A stretch of 64,000 nucleotides of DNA, taken from positions 118,050,001 to 118,114,000 of the forward strand of contig NC_087437.1 in assembly GCF_036321535.1 (NCBI RefSeq), given 5' to 3'. Shown here one piece after another: positions 53,401 to 64,000 of the stretch. The notes under the pieces were generated by a model that did no database searches, was not told where the DNA came from, and saw only the letters and a list, made by a program, of their open reading frames with translations. Source of the DNA: Camelus dromedarius (taxonomy: Eukaryota). Position 1 is the stretch's first letter, and the number at the start of each line of letters is the position of its first letter. The position numbers were made by a program, and so were the translations under genes.

Positions 53401-54659
53401 GGGCTTTTCTCGGGCTAAGAGAAAATTCTGGGGCACTTTTTCAGTTTTTCCAATAGCCCTTTTCACATAAAGAGTTTTCTGACTTTGCCAGTTCTGTGAC
53501 ACTACTCTCAATTTCAGAAATCTGACGTGAATAAAGAAAACCCTAGGGCTTTGATCATTTGAAAAAAAGAGACATGACCATCTTGCAGTCCAGTGGCCCT
53601 CTTGTTCAGATAAGGGGATGGCGCCCTCAGGAAATGAAGTCCCAGCACATGTGCTTGGGGCTGGAGAAAGAGCTAGAACTCAAGTCTTTAGACCTTCCCA
53701 TCCTGTCTGGGTCATCCTACCTCCTGTCCATGAAGGCAAAGGTTCTCCCACTGACTGAAATCTCACACAGGTAGGAAAAGAGAAGGCCTGCAAAACAGAG
53801 ATTTCCTTCTCACACCCGAGTAGGGACTTGGTGAAAGCCTGATCTGAGCAAATGATGTTCACAGGAAGAGAAAACTCAACTATAATAAATTAAAGAAAGC
53901 AAATATAGTCAGCGTCAGGATTTCAGCTGATTGAATTCATATGTTAAAAAAACAACCTTCTAGAGGTCTCCCAACATCACCAACTTAAATAATCATCTAA
54001 AACCTCCCATCAGGTGGACCTGATAAAGGATGGCAGAAAAGAAACCACAAATCTTCCTTCTGATGAGGAAGGGACTCTGGAGCACAGGGAGATGTGTATT
54101 TATGGTGCCAACAAACAAAAACAGCCATCAGCACCACTGCCAAAGAAGGACCGAGCCACCACGTGCTACCTCAACACGCAACACTGGTTTTATATAAAAT
54201 CATTTGTTAAAAGTCTCCTTATCACCGAAACCCATACATTCATTTGATTAAAGTCAGAAAACATCATTTAGCTTGGATTCTATTAGAAATGTTTGAAACA
54301 CACAGAGGGACTGCCCTGGGAAGGTAAGTTATGCTGAGAGAAGGAAAGTGTGCACCAGGGTTACGATTCTCGGCGTAATTCTATTCAACATGAGTTCTGA
54401 AAGAACCAAGTGAGCCTACAGAGGATGGGTATTCAGGGACTTCCAGAGTCATCCCAGGGCACTGTTTGTGGCTATGGTGGGGACATGCTGAATTCTAATT
54501 TAATGATTTCCATTTCAATCCCTTAATCACATTGACAATATGAATGGTCCAGGACATTTGGAGAAATCGCCTTGGACTTATATAATGACATTTTAACAGC
54601 TTATCAATCATTCCCCTACACGTCAGCTTGCTGAACCCTTCTAGTACATCTATGAAACC

Positions 54660-54795
54660 GACACCAGCCCCATTTTACAAATGAGAGAATTGCATGCCAT
54701 AGAAATCACATGATCTGCCCAAGAAAAACACAGCAAGAAGTGGCAGGGCCTCACTCAGACCTCACTCAGCCCGGACTCTTCCTCACAGCCCAGCT
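54660..54795 (-). mobile_element. MIR fragment
   Basis: ccccattttacaaatgagagaattg...tgatctgcccaagaaaaacacagcaagaagtggcagggc. Confidence 0.65.
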
Positions 54796-55184
54796 GCCCA
54801 GGGGCATTCAGAATTGCTACATATGCCACATTTAAGGAGGTCTACACCTTCCAGGATGGGGATGATAGCACAATAGAGTTTTAGCATTAAATGTAATTTT
54901 GTATTTTTTAATCTGACTTTTACATATGCAAATGGTATATTTTTTTCAGATAAGAAATTAGCCTTAGAATATGACTGTTCCCCAAGGAGTTCTGATGTTT
55001 TTCCTAAGTCAAGGTACCAGTTATTCCAAAAGACTGGAAATCATCATCTTTATAGGTGATGGATAAAGAAACCCCATTAGCTAAATGTCAATCAATTACC
55101 ACATAGTTGCATGGGCTTGTGCATCTTAATGACATTTTTAATAAGCAGAAGAGATTCAAATTGGTAGCAGAAGGGCAAACTTAC

Positions 55185-55208
55185 TTGGTTTGGGGCAGTG
55201 GCTTCCTT
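55185..55208 (-). CDS. Candidate 24-nt microexon (all three frames open)
   Basis: ctttattttaattgcag|AAGGAAGCCACTGCCCCAAACCAA|gtaagt; strong signals at both ends, frame-preserving length. Confidence 0.35.
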
Positions 55209-55229
55209 CTGCAATTAAAATAAAGCGTG

Positions 55230-55712
55230 AATGCCTCAATGTAAGTCTACAAGGCTCAACTTAATTTCTGCCCTGCCAGTCTCTCCCACTTCACATTTAA
55301 GCCATCCTCCTCCTGACCTGTTCTCTCTGAAGCAGCCATTCTCCCTGTCCTTCAGGTACACTGAGCTCCTTCCTACTTCTCCACCTTTGCTGATGCTGTT
55401 CCCTCTGCCAGGCTTCTTCCTTCTCACTCAGGTCTGACTAAAGTCTCACTTGCTCAGAGAACCCTTAGAGAACTCTTATTCTCTTCTATCATCCTCCACC
55501 CCAGGTCCTCTCAGCACATTAGCCTGGGTCATTGCCTTCAGCACTCTTGTCGGAATCCCTTTTGATTATAAATTGATTGTCTTTCTTACAGAATGTAAAT
55601 AAGCCCCATGAAGGAACAGATCTCATTCTTACAAATCTCTGCCCCAGCCCTTATAAAAACTCCTAGGAATTCATCACGGGCACTCAATAAATATTTGTTG
55701 AGTCAATGAACG
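55230..55712 (+). mobile_element. L2a 3' portion
   Basis: cctttgctgatgctgttccctctgccagg...cagaatgtaa...ccccatgaagg...gcactcaataaatatttgttgagtcaatgaa. Confidence 0.85.
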
Positions 55713-56072
55713 GCAGAGTGTATTAGTGATTCAACTGAATTAAGATTTGGGAACACACAAAACAAAATACATCTGTCTAACTTAAATGTTTAAAGAACAA
55801 AAACAGATCCTGAATTGTTCAAAATCAGGACAAAAATATTTCCTTCCCCAAAATTGAAGTTTGCAACTGCCTCAGAAACTTTTTGATTGACTTAAACCAC
55901 ACTGAATACATATGAATTAAAGTATATACTTTTTATGTTGGTACCTCACAAAAAAGGTTTGCTATGTTATTTTTGTTATTAAGTCTCTGCTATTAGTAAT
56001 TTTTGAAATTACTGACCCATAGAATAAAGTGCAAATTCCTACACTTAAGTCATCATGACTTGGCAGGCTCAC

Positions 56073-56124
56073 CTGTCAGCCTTCCAAACCCCACCTTCAC
56101 ATAATATGCTTCAATATCATGAAA
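56073..56124 (-). other. Candidate 52-nt exon
   Basis: tcttttcag|TTTCATGAT...CTGACAG|gtgagc; open as FHDIEAYYVKVGFGRLT; short pyrimidine tract. Confidence 0.2.
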
Positions 56125-57214
56125 CTGAAAAGATCTGACACCATCATTCAGTTTTAAGTCTCTGGAAAGAGAAATATAAAGGATGGTGTTTTGTCCGAGA
56201 TCACTGATGAGCGAAAGGTAGAGCCAGGATCAGAGCCCTGGTCTGGGCCAACTGCACAGACCATGCTTTTCCATCTCCCAGCTTTCACTGTGGCTCCACG
56301 CAATACCAGGGGGGAAGGGATGGACAGGAAGGCAGAGCTCACAGGTGTTCTAAGACCAGGAATGGCGATCCAGACTCACTTTCAGGTCCAAGCACGACCA
56401 GGGGGCGTGTGGAGGAACTGGGGGGGAGGCAACAGCAAGTTGCTGACATGTGTCGTGTGCAAGGAGAGAAAGGCTGCGTGGCTGCCCTTGACCCTTGATG
56501 TCCCATCAATTTCTAATGTGAGAAACTACACTTAAACTCGCTCAGCTGGCCTCACAACCACACCCTGTTCACGAGAGTTCTTGACATCATGTCACTGTTC
56601 AGTCCTAGAACTCCTAGGCAGAGTAATCTGACCAGGTGCGCACCCTTTAAACACATGACACATGGGCTGAAATTTCCAGGTGACCCTTTTCTGGTGTTCA
56701 TCATTGAGTTAGACTTAGATCTTAAGTAGCTGCTAACTTTGGCACTTATCTGCATGTTTTCCACTGACTCTAATATTCCAAAGCGGATTCTTAAATCTGC
56801 TCCTGGGAATTCAGGTTAAACAGTGTCATGTTATTTATTGTTGTTTTCTTGTGTTTCACTTATTTTCAGAAAATCACTTCAGTCCGCTTATACACTACAG
56901 AATATTTGATACAAAATTCTGCTATTTCTCATAAGTCCCTTTTCAGTTGAACGCATGCGCTATACTATTGAAAATCATGAGGAATTGTTTTCATCTGTAA
57001 AGTCTATTGGAAGATGCCCTCGCTGAAAAAAAAGATTGGAATAAGGTCAAAAAAGGATCACCCTCTAAAATGTAAAAAAGAAAAAAGCATAACCAATACT
57101 AGATTTGGCATAATATACACTGTGCAGTAGGATTTAGAAATGTGTTGCTGGGAGCTTCTGCAGAGCCATGAGTCACTGAAAGGTGACCGGCACGTGTGTG
57201 TGACACAGATTGGC

Positions 57215-57470
57215 AGGACATCATGGTAGATGGGTGCCTGGGATTGGAGTCCACTCACATGGGTATTAATACTGGTTCTGTCCTATTTGGAATTTGACCT
57301 TGGGCAAGGCACTTACATCTTTGAATCTCTCACATTCTATCATCTGAAAAATAAAAACACTCAACACTGTCTCATTAGATTGTTGTGAGTATTAAGTGAA
57401 ACGACATTTGTAAGACCATTAATGCAATGTTTTGCATGGAATGTGGGGGCTGAATAAATGGTAGCTTCTG
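57215..57470 (+). mobile_element. Near full-length MIR SINE
   Basis: tgaccttgggcaaggcacttacatctttgaatctc...tcatctgaaaaat...gattgttgtgagtattaagtga...aataaatggtagct. Confidence 0.8.
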
Positions 57471-60151
57471 TGATAATGTTGAAGGTGATAATGGAGAGAG
57501 GATACCGGAGCAGAGGGGGCCACGACCCAGTGCCACTTGCCACACCACAACCAAGCTGCCTACAGCGCAAAAATGTGGTATCTCAACAGGGCACAGCGAT
57601 GGGAACCAAGGAGCAGGAACAGATTCCTGTGATGGTGGTACTGTTCAGGAGCTGATGCCAATAAAGCAATCAGTCCTTCTGGCGGGTACTTCTAATGCTT
57701 AAGGGGTATCGCTTGAGAATGTTCCATGCTCTCGGCCCTAACTCTGCATGCTTTCTGATGGGATAGCGGGCAGGAACTGGGTTAGGTGAGGTAATCTACA
57801 GTCACTAAGTCCACCTCCCCTCTTCAGCACTTTCTGAAGTCCCTCCGGCCCCAGGCAGCACTGATCATGCCCTCCTTGGCACTGCCACGTGTCCTTATGT
57901 TCACCTTTTACTTTATCATCCTTATTCATTTCTCCCCATCCCATCCATCTACCTCTATGTACCAGAAATTGACTCTTTTCAGAATTTAATCTGAGACAGC
58001 ACTGAGTCCATGGTAAGTATGTCACAATGGATGAACAGAGGAATACATAATTATATTTGCTTCTTTGCATTAAGAACTTGCTAGGGAAAGGCACATACTG
58101 GGTTATAAGGAAACATATCTACTGGAAGGCATACGCAGGCTTGCGCTGCTGAAGGGACAGCCAGGCTCCCCACGCAGCACAGAGCACGCAGGTCCGCTTG
58201 GTCAGGAGCATGAATGCGCTTTCTTACCTGAGGTCCATCAATTCTTCAGGGCCACCCCCCAACATAATTTATCCTTCCTAATAACTTATTGTCACTATAA
58301 ACAACTAGAGCCACTCTTATTTTCTCACTTGAAATTTGTCATAAACTTTCAGGGATGGTCTTCTGAATGTACTGAACAACATATGTGACATTCCACCTTG
58401 CTGTTAAAGATCCCTGACTTTGGCTGAATACCATTTCAAAACAGTGCCACAGCAGTGTTTTGATATATTTGTAACACGGTTATTCAAAATAGACTGAGTT
58501 GCTGAGAAGATCAAAACTACACAGATGCACACACCTATGTGTGTGCATTTACTTATACTGGAATAGCAGCTAGAAAAACTTTTTCACCCACAAGAAAGTC
58601 ACATTTGATTTGTTTACTTCCATTTCATCCACACAAACTATAAATGTTACAGGTACTTCTTAAGTGAAATGGCTTCTTTCTTGGAGAGGAAAGCGTTCAG
58701 TATTTTGCTTATCAGATCAGCTCATATTTAATTCATTGCTTCTCTGGCCAACTCTATAAAGAACAAAGCCAAAAAGAGGAGGCACAAGTCAACCACACAT
58801 CACATACAGGTTCTGGTTTATAAGGGGACCAGATCCAAATTCTATTCAATGTTATATTAGAAGGAAAGTTCTGAAAACTCAACATTTTTAAAAGAAAGAA
58901 AACAGGGAAAAAGAAAGGAAGCAAGCAGGTTACAATATCACAATAGCCCTAGGACATGGGCATCACTGATGATAAACTCTTTGTTAGACAAAGTTTATGA
59001 TACAGACAAGATGCAGTATTCTGGCATCTAATGTCGTCACTATTGCTAATGGAATATATGTTCCAGCAAATTGTGGTCTCTTTGTTCTGTGTGTGTGTGT
59101 GTAGTTTTTTTCTTATTTCCCAGCTGGCCTCTGACTTTACTTTGGAAAAAGACTAGGGAGACAAAGCACTCTGAGCAGCCCATCGCCCCTGCAGTGGTTT
59201 CCTGAGCCCTGCACTAGGGACACACCTTGAAACAGTACGTGAGTTTGAGCAAGAAATACCCTGATACTGACACATCAACGTGGCCATCTCTCTTGTTCCA
59301 TAAAAATAGTGTTTATGGAAAAGTAGGTGTTTCAGAAAAATGATTTTATATTCACAGGATTGGTCATACTATCAAACTTCCTGATACTTACTTTCAAATA
59401 CAAACTTGCTTCCTATAAATAACAATCTTTTAAAAAAGTATTAATTTTAAAGCATATTAGAGCCAATATTCTTATTTCACTGACAGGTGGAAGTTGATGA
59501 ATCTGAGGCTACTCAAGAGCCTTGATGCTCACACTTGGTCAGAGTTTATTGCATTTTTCAGTTATTAATTTATTCTGTTCAGAGAAAAAAGGAAACTCTT
59601 GTCTATTCAGAGTTCTACAACATGAGAAACCAAAGGTCTTTACTGGAGAGGCTGGAAAGAGTAAATAGGCTGTATGATTTACAGGTAAATATCTTGGGGG
59701 AAAAAACAATAACAACAAAAAAAAACAGAATACAGAATTGTGGTGATTCCTTGCAGCAAGAAAATATTCTTGAACATTAATCCCCCCAAACAATCTAGAT
59801 GATATCAAATTTATACATTAAGAAAAACTACTGAACTCTATTCAGACAAATTTTAAGGGCAATAAAATGCTTCTTCTGTGATTTAAGGCCTGGATCACAT
59901 GACAGTTTCATAGCTTAAAATCACTCTTCAGGAAAAATAAAACAGCTCATGTAGGCCTCATTTCTTGAATATATCATACAAATATATGCATAGCTGTGTT
60001 CCTCAGTGTTTCAGAATCCACCACAAGATAAAAGGTGAGTCAATGTGATGTTATGTTAAAAATAAAATAAATAGCATTGTCTTCTGCACTTGTCTTGCCC
60101 TTAAAACAAAACGCTTTATAATTCTTTGTAATTAAGGCTCTTCCAGATTAT

Positions 60152-60170
60152 ACACACACACACACACACA
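60152..60170 (+). repeat. (AC)n microsatellite
   Basis: Directly visible. Confidence 0.9.
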
Positions 60171-60548
60171 TATGATATGGAAGAAAACTAATTTATTATG
60201 TATTGGCATATACATAATATATATAAACTAATTGATATATGTATCTTCTTTTACCAACCCTAATACTTTGACCTATTTTCAGAATCTACAATCATTTCAC
60301 ACAATTCTCCTTTCATAAACAGTAAGCACTGACAACATACAGAAAATATTTTTGCAATCATTTCTAAGCCAGTTTGGCTCTTGCTGGTTTAAACTAGCTT
60401 TTGCCTGATCAGATGTCACTGCTAAGTCTCAAGTGTAATAGTATATAAGGAAAATAAAAATAATCTACCTTCCCTATGTCAAGTGGCCTTGTATATTTGA
60501 CACTGGAGCTTGATTTCTTGGAAAAACACTCTCTTCAAACAAATGAAA

Positions 60549-60712
60549 ATTTACCACATTGATACAAGATGTTAATAGGGAAATTGTAGGAAGAGGTAGA
60601 GAGTGGTGTAAGGGGATTCTGTACAATCTACTCATTTTTTTCTATAAAGTTACTTTTTCTACAACTGTTAGAGAAATAAATTCTAATAATTTTTAAAAGA
60701 TAAGTTAAAAAA
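60549..60712 (+). mobile_element. L1MC-like extreme 3' end, inverted relative to the adjacent L1 body
   Basis: ttaccacattgatacaagatgttaatagggaaa...ttctgtacaatctactcatttttttctataaa...aaataaattctaataat. Confidence 0.7.
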
Positions 60713-60774
60713 ATGATTTGCCAATCCTGGTCTGGCGCCATGGACCTTTCTCTATTAAAACCCTGTGAGATGCT

Positions 60775-63700
60775 TGGTAAATATGTTACAACTAATAAAC
60801 CTCTATTAATACATTATTAAATAAAGTACCTACTTTATGGTAAGCTTCACCCTTTGTCTTGTACATTCTATGGGTTTTGATAAATGCATAATGTCATGTA
60901 TTCACCATCACGGTCCATCATGCAGAATAGTTTAACTACCCTAAAAATCCTGTTTAACGTATTTTTCTCTGGCCCTTGCCTCAAACCCCTGATCTTTTTG
61001 TCTCTGTAGTTTCAACTTTTCCAGAATGTCATACAGTTGGAATCATACAGTCTATAACTTTTACAGACTGTCTGTCTTCATTTAGTAGTACACATGTAAG
61101 ATTCTTCCATGTCTTTTTGTAGTTTGATAACATATTTCTTTTTTTCACTAAATAATATTCCACTGTATGGATGCACCAGTTTGCACATCCATTCAATTAC
61201 TGAAGGACATTTTGGTTGCTTCCAATTTGAAGCAATTACAAGTAAAATTTCAATAATGACTTGTGCGCATGCTTTTGTGTAGACATAAGTTATCCACTCA
61301 TTTGACTAAATACTTAGGAACGTGATTAATGGATGGTACAGTAAGACTTCCTTTAGTTTGAAAGACTGTCAGCCTTTTTTGAAAGCAGCTCTATCATTCT
61401 GTATTCCTACCAGCAATGAAAGAAAGCTTCCTGTTGCTCCACATCCTCATCAGCATTTGGCACTGTCAGGTTTTGGGATTTTAGTCATTTTTATAGATAC
61501 ATAGTGGTATTTCATCATTGCCTGAATTTGCAATTCCCCAATGATATAAGATGTTGAGCATCTTCTCATATGCTTATTTGTCATCCACATGTATTTTCTT
61601 GGTGAAATGTCTGTTCATGTCTTTGGCCCTTTTAAAATTGGATTTTTGTTTTCTTATTGTTAAATTTCAAAGGTTCTTTTTTTATTTGCAATGCAAATAT
61701 TTTTCAGATCATTGTTTTGCAAAGATCTTCTCCTAGTATGTGGCTTGTCTTATTATGCTCTTAACACTGTCTTTTGCAGAGCATAACTGTTTAATGAAGC
61801 CCAACATCCTATTTTTTTTCTTTCATGGATCGTGCTTTTGTGGTTTTATCTTAAAAGTAATAACCGAGTAAAATCTGAGGTCACCCAGATTTACTACTAT
61901 AGTATATTCTAGAAGTTATATAGTTTTGCATCTATATTTAAGTCTGTAACTTATTTTGAGTAACTTTTGTAAAATCAAGTTTTGTAAAATTTTTGTTAAA
62001 TTTTGTGTCTCGATTCTTTTTTTAATATGGACGTCCAATTGTGTTTGGCACCATTTATTGAAAAGACTGTCTTTTCACCATTAAACTGTCTTTGCTGTCA
62101 AGAATCAGTTGAATATAATTATGTGGATCTGTTTCTCGGCTCCCCATTCTGTTCCATTATTCTATTTGAATATTCTTTTGTCAATCCCAAAATGGCCCAA
62201 TCACTGGAAGTCTTGAAGTCAGGTAGTGGTAGTGCTCTAACTTTGTTCTTCTACAATATTGAGTTGGCTATTCTGAGTCTTTTGACTTTCCATAACTTTA
62301 GAGTCAATTTACTGATATGCAAAAATTAATTTGCTGGGTTTTTTACATTGAGATTGCACTGAATCTATAAAACAAGTTGAAAAGAACTGACATTTCAGCA
62401 AGACTGAATCTCTCTATTCATGAATATGGAATATTTCTCCAATTATGTAGCTCTCTGATTTCTTTAGTCAGAGTTAGTGTTTGTAAATTCCGTACCTATT
62501 TTGTTAGATTAATGCCTAAATGTTTCTCTTTCTTGGTGCTCATGGAAATGGTATGGTGTCTTTAACTTTGAATCCCAATAATTTATTGCTAGTATATAGG
62601 AAAGCAATTGAATTCAGATATTAACTTGTATCCTGAAACTTTGCTATAACCAGTTATTAGTTTCGGGAGTTGTTTATTCTTTGAGATATTCTAAATTGAT
62701 AATATGTCACCTTTGAACAAAGACAGTTTTATTTCTCTCATCCAAATCTGCATATCTTTTATTTCCTTTTCCTGTCTTATTGCATTAGCTTGGAATTCCA
62801 GTATGATGGTGAGTAGGAGTGGTGGGAAAGGACATACATCCTTGCCTTGTTCCCAATCTTAGAGGGAAAGCACTTAGTTTCTCACCATTAAGTATGATGT
62901 TTGCTATAAATATTCTGTAGGTATAGATCTTTGACTTACAATCAGTTATGTTCTAATAAATCCCTTGTAGGTTGAAAATATCATAAGTCAAAAAAGCATT
63001 TAATTCACCTAACACACTAAACATCATAGTTTAGCCCTACCTACCTCTAATGTGTCCAGAACATATATATTAGTCTATAGTTGGGCAAAATCATCTAACA
63101 TAAAGCCTGTTTTACAATAATGTGTTAAATATCTTACGTAATTTATTAAATTCTGAACTGAAGGTGAAAAACAGAATGACTGTATTGGTATAAAGTGGAT
63201 ATATCTGTTGTTTACTCTCATGATTGCATGGCTGACCAGGAGCTGCAGCTCACTGCCTCTGTCCAGCATAAGAATAGAATATCATACTGCATATCACTAG
63301 CCGGGAAAAAGATCAAAATTCAAAACGTGAAGTTCAGTTTCTACTGAATGTATATCTCTTTCACACCATTGAAAGGTTGAAAAATCATAAGTGGAACCTT
63401 CATAAGTTTGGGACCATCTGTATTCTTTTTCAAGGTGAGAAAGTTCTTCAATATTCCTAATTTGCTGGGAATTTTTTATCAGGCATGGATGTTGGTTTTA
63501 CCAAATGCTTTCTTTGCACTAGTGTTATGATCATATGATTTTTTTTTCTTTAGCTTGTTAATGTGATGGGTTATAGTCACTGATTTCCAAATGCTGAAAA
63601 AGCCTTCCATACCTGGAATAAATCAACTTGGTCATGGTGTATAATTCTTTTTATACACTGTTAGATCTACTAATATTTCATTGGAGAATTTTGTACCTAT

Positions 63701-64000
63701 GTTCAGAGGAGTTGTTCCGTATTTTTTTTTTCCTTATGTTTTTAACTGGTGTCGGTGTTAGGGTAACACTGCTCTCCTGGAGGGCATTACGAACTATGTC
63801 CTCTGTTTCTATTCTTAGGAAGAGAATTGGTATCATTTCTTCCTTAAATAGCTGGTAAAATTCACCAGTGAAACCATTTGGACCTACTGTTATCTTTTTT
63901 AGAAGGCTATTAATTATTGACTCAATTTCTTTAATAGAAATAGGCCTATTCAGATGATCTACTTCTCCTTGCACAAATTTTGGCAGTTTGTCTCCTCCAG
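60775..64000 (-). mobile_element. Ancient L1 (L1MC-like), 3'UTR and decayed ORF2, running off the window end
   Basis: ccagaatgtcatacagttggaatcatacag, ttcctgttgctccacatcctcatcagcatttgg, etc.; ORF 63678-63974 translates as ORF2 (LNRPISIKEIESIINSL...GPNGFTGEFYQLFKEE). Confidence 0.92.
62924..63420 (+). mobile_element. MER47/Tigger5-family TcMar element nested in L1
   Basis: ta|tagatctttgacttacaatc ... cataagtttgggaccatctg|ta; internal gttgggcaaaatcatctaac and gaaaaacagaatg; L1 sequence resumes in register on both sides. Confidence 0.85.

Noticed and set aside
60015..60034. Plus-strand microexon-like unit (tttcag|AATCCACCACAAGATAAAAG|gtgagt)
   Set aside because: Isolated, with no plus-strand partners; it shows such patterns arise by chance, which is why the minus-strand exon calls carry low confidence
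63678..63974. 98-aa ORF as a host gene
   Set aside because: Decayed L1 ORF2 fragment with deletions; not an intact gene

Overview
Mammalian (eutherian) genomic DNA, mostly intergenic/intronic and rich in repeats. A tRNA-derived SINE resembling camelid Vic-1, many short cetartiodactyl-type L1 3' tails and no recognisable Bov-A/Bov-B or PRE1 elements point to a camelid (inference). The window holds ancient MIR and L2 copies, MaLR/ERVL LTRs (MLT1, MLT2, LTR33-like), DNA-transposon MITEs (MER8, MER81, MER5A-like, MER47/Tigger5-like) and long decayed L1s (about 36.7-43.9 kb on +, 60.8-64 kb on -). The only ORF-track protein I can clearly recognise is an L1 ORF2 remnant (63678-63974). A cluster of exon-like units with good splice signals lies on the minus strand at 45.4-58.8 kb, including an apparent terminal exon at about 49.0-49.76 kb; it may be the 3' end of a spliced gene that I cannot name. 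Other items of note: a SINE+L1 head-to-head composite under one TSD, a twin-primed L1 inversion, a fold-back L1 junction, a local micro-inversion of an old L1 3' end, a probable short Helitron relic and a candidate conserved enhancer at 12.5-13.0 kb. I found no evidence for a novel multi-gene system, CRISPR array or functional RNA gene. Repeat family names and boundaries are by-eye estimates from remembered consensus sequences.
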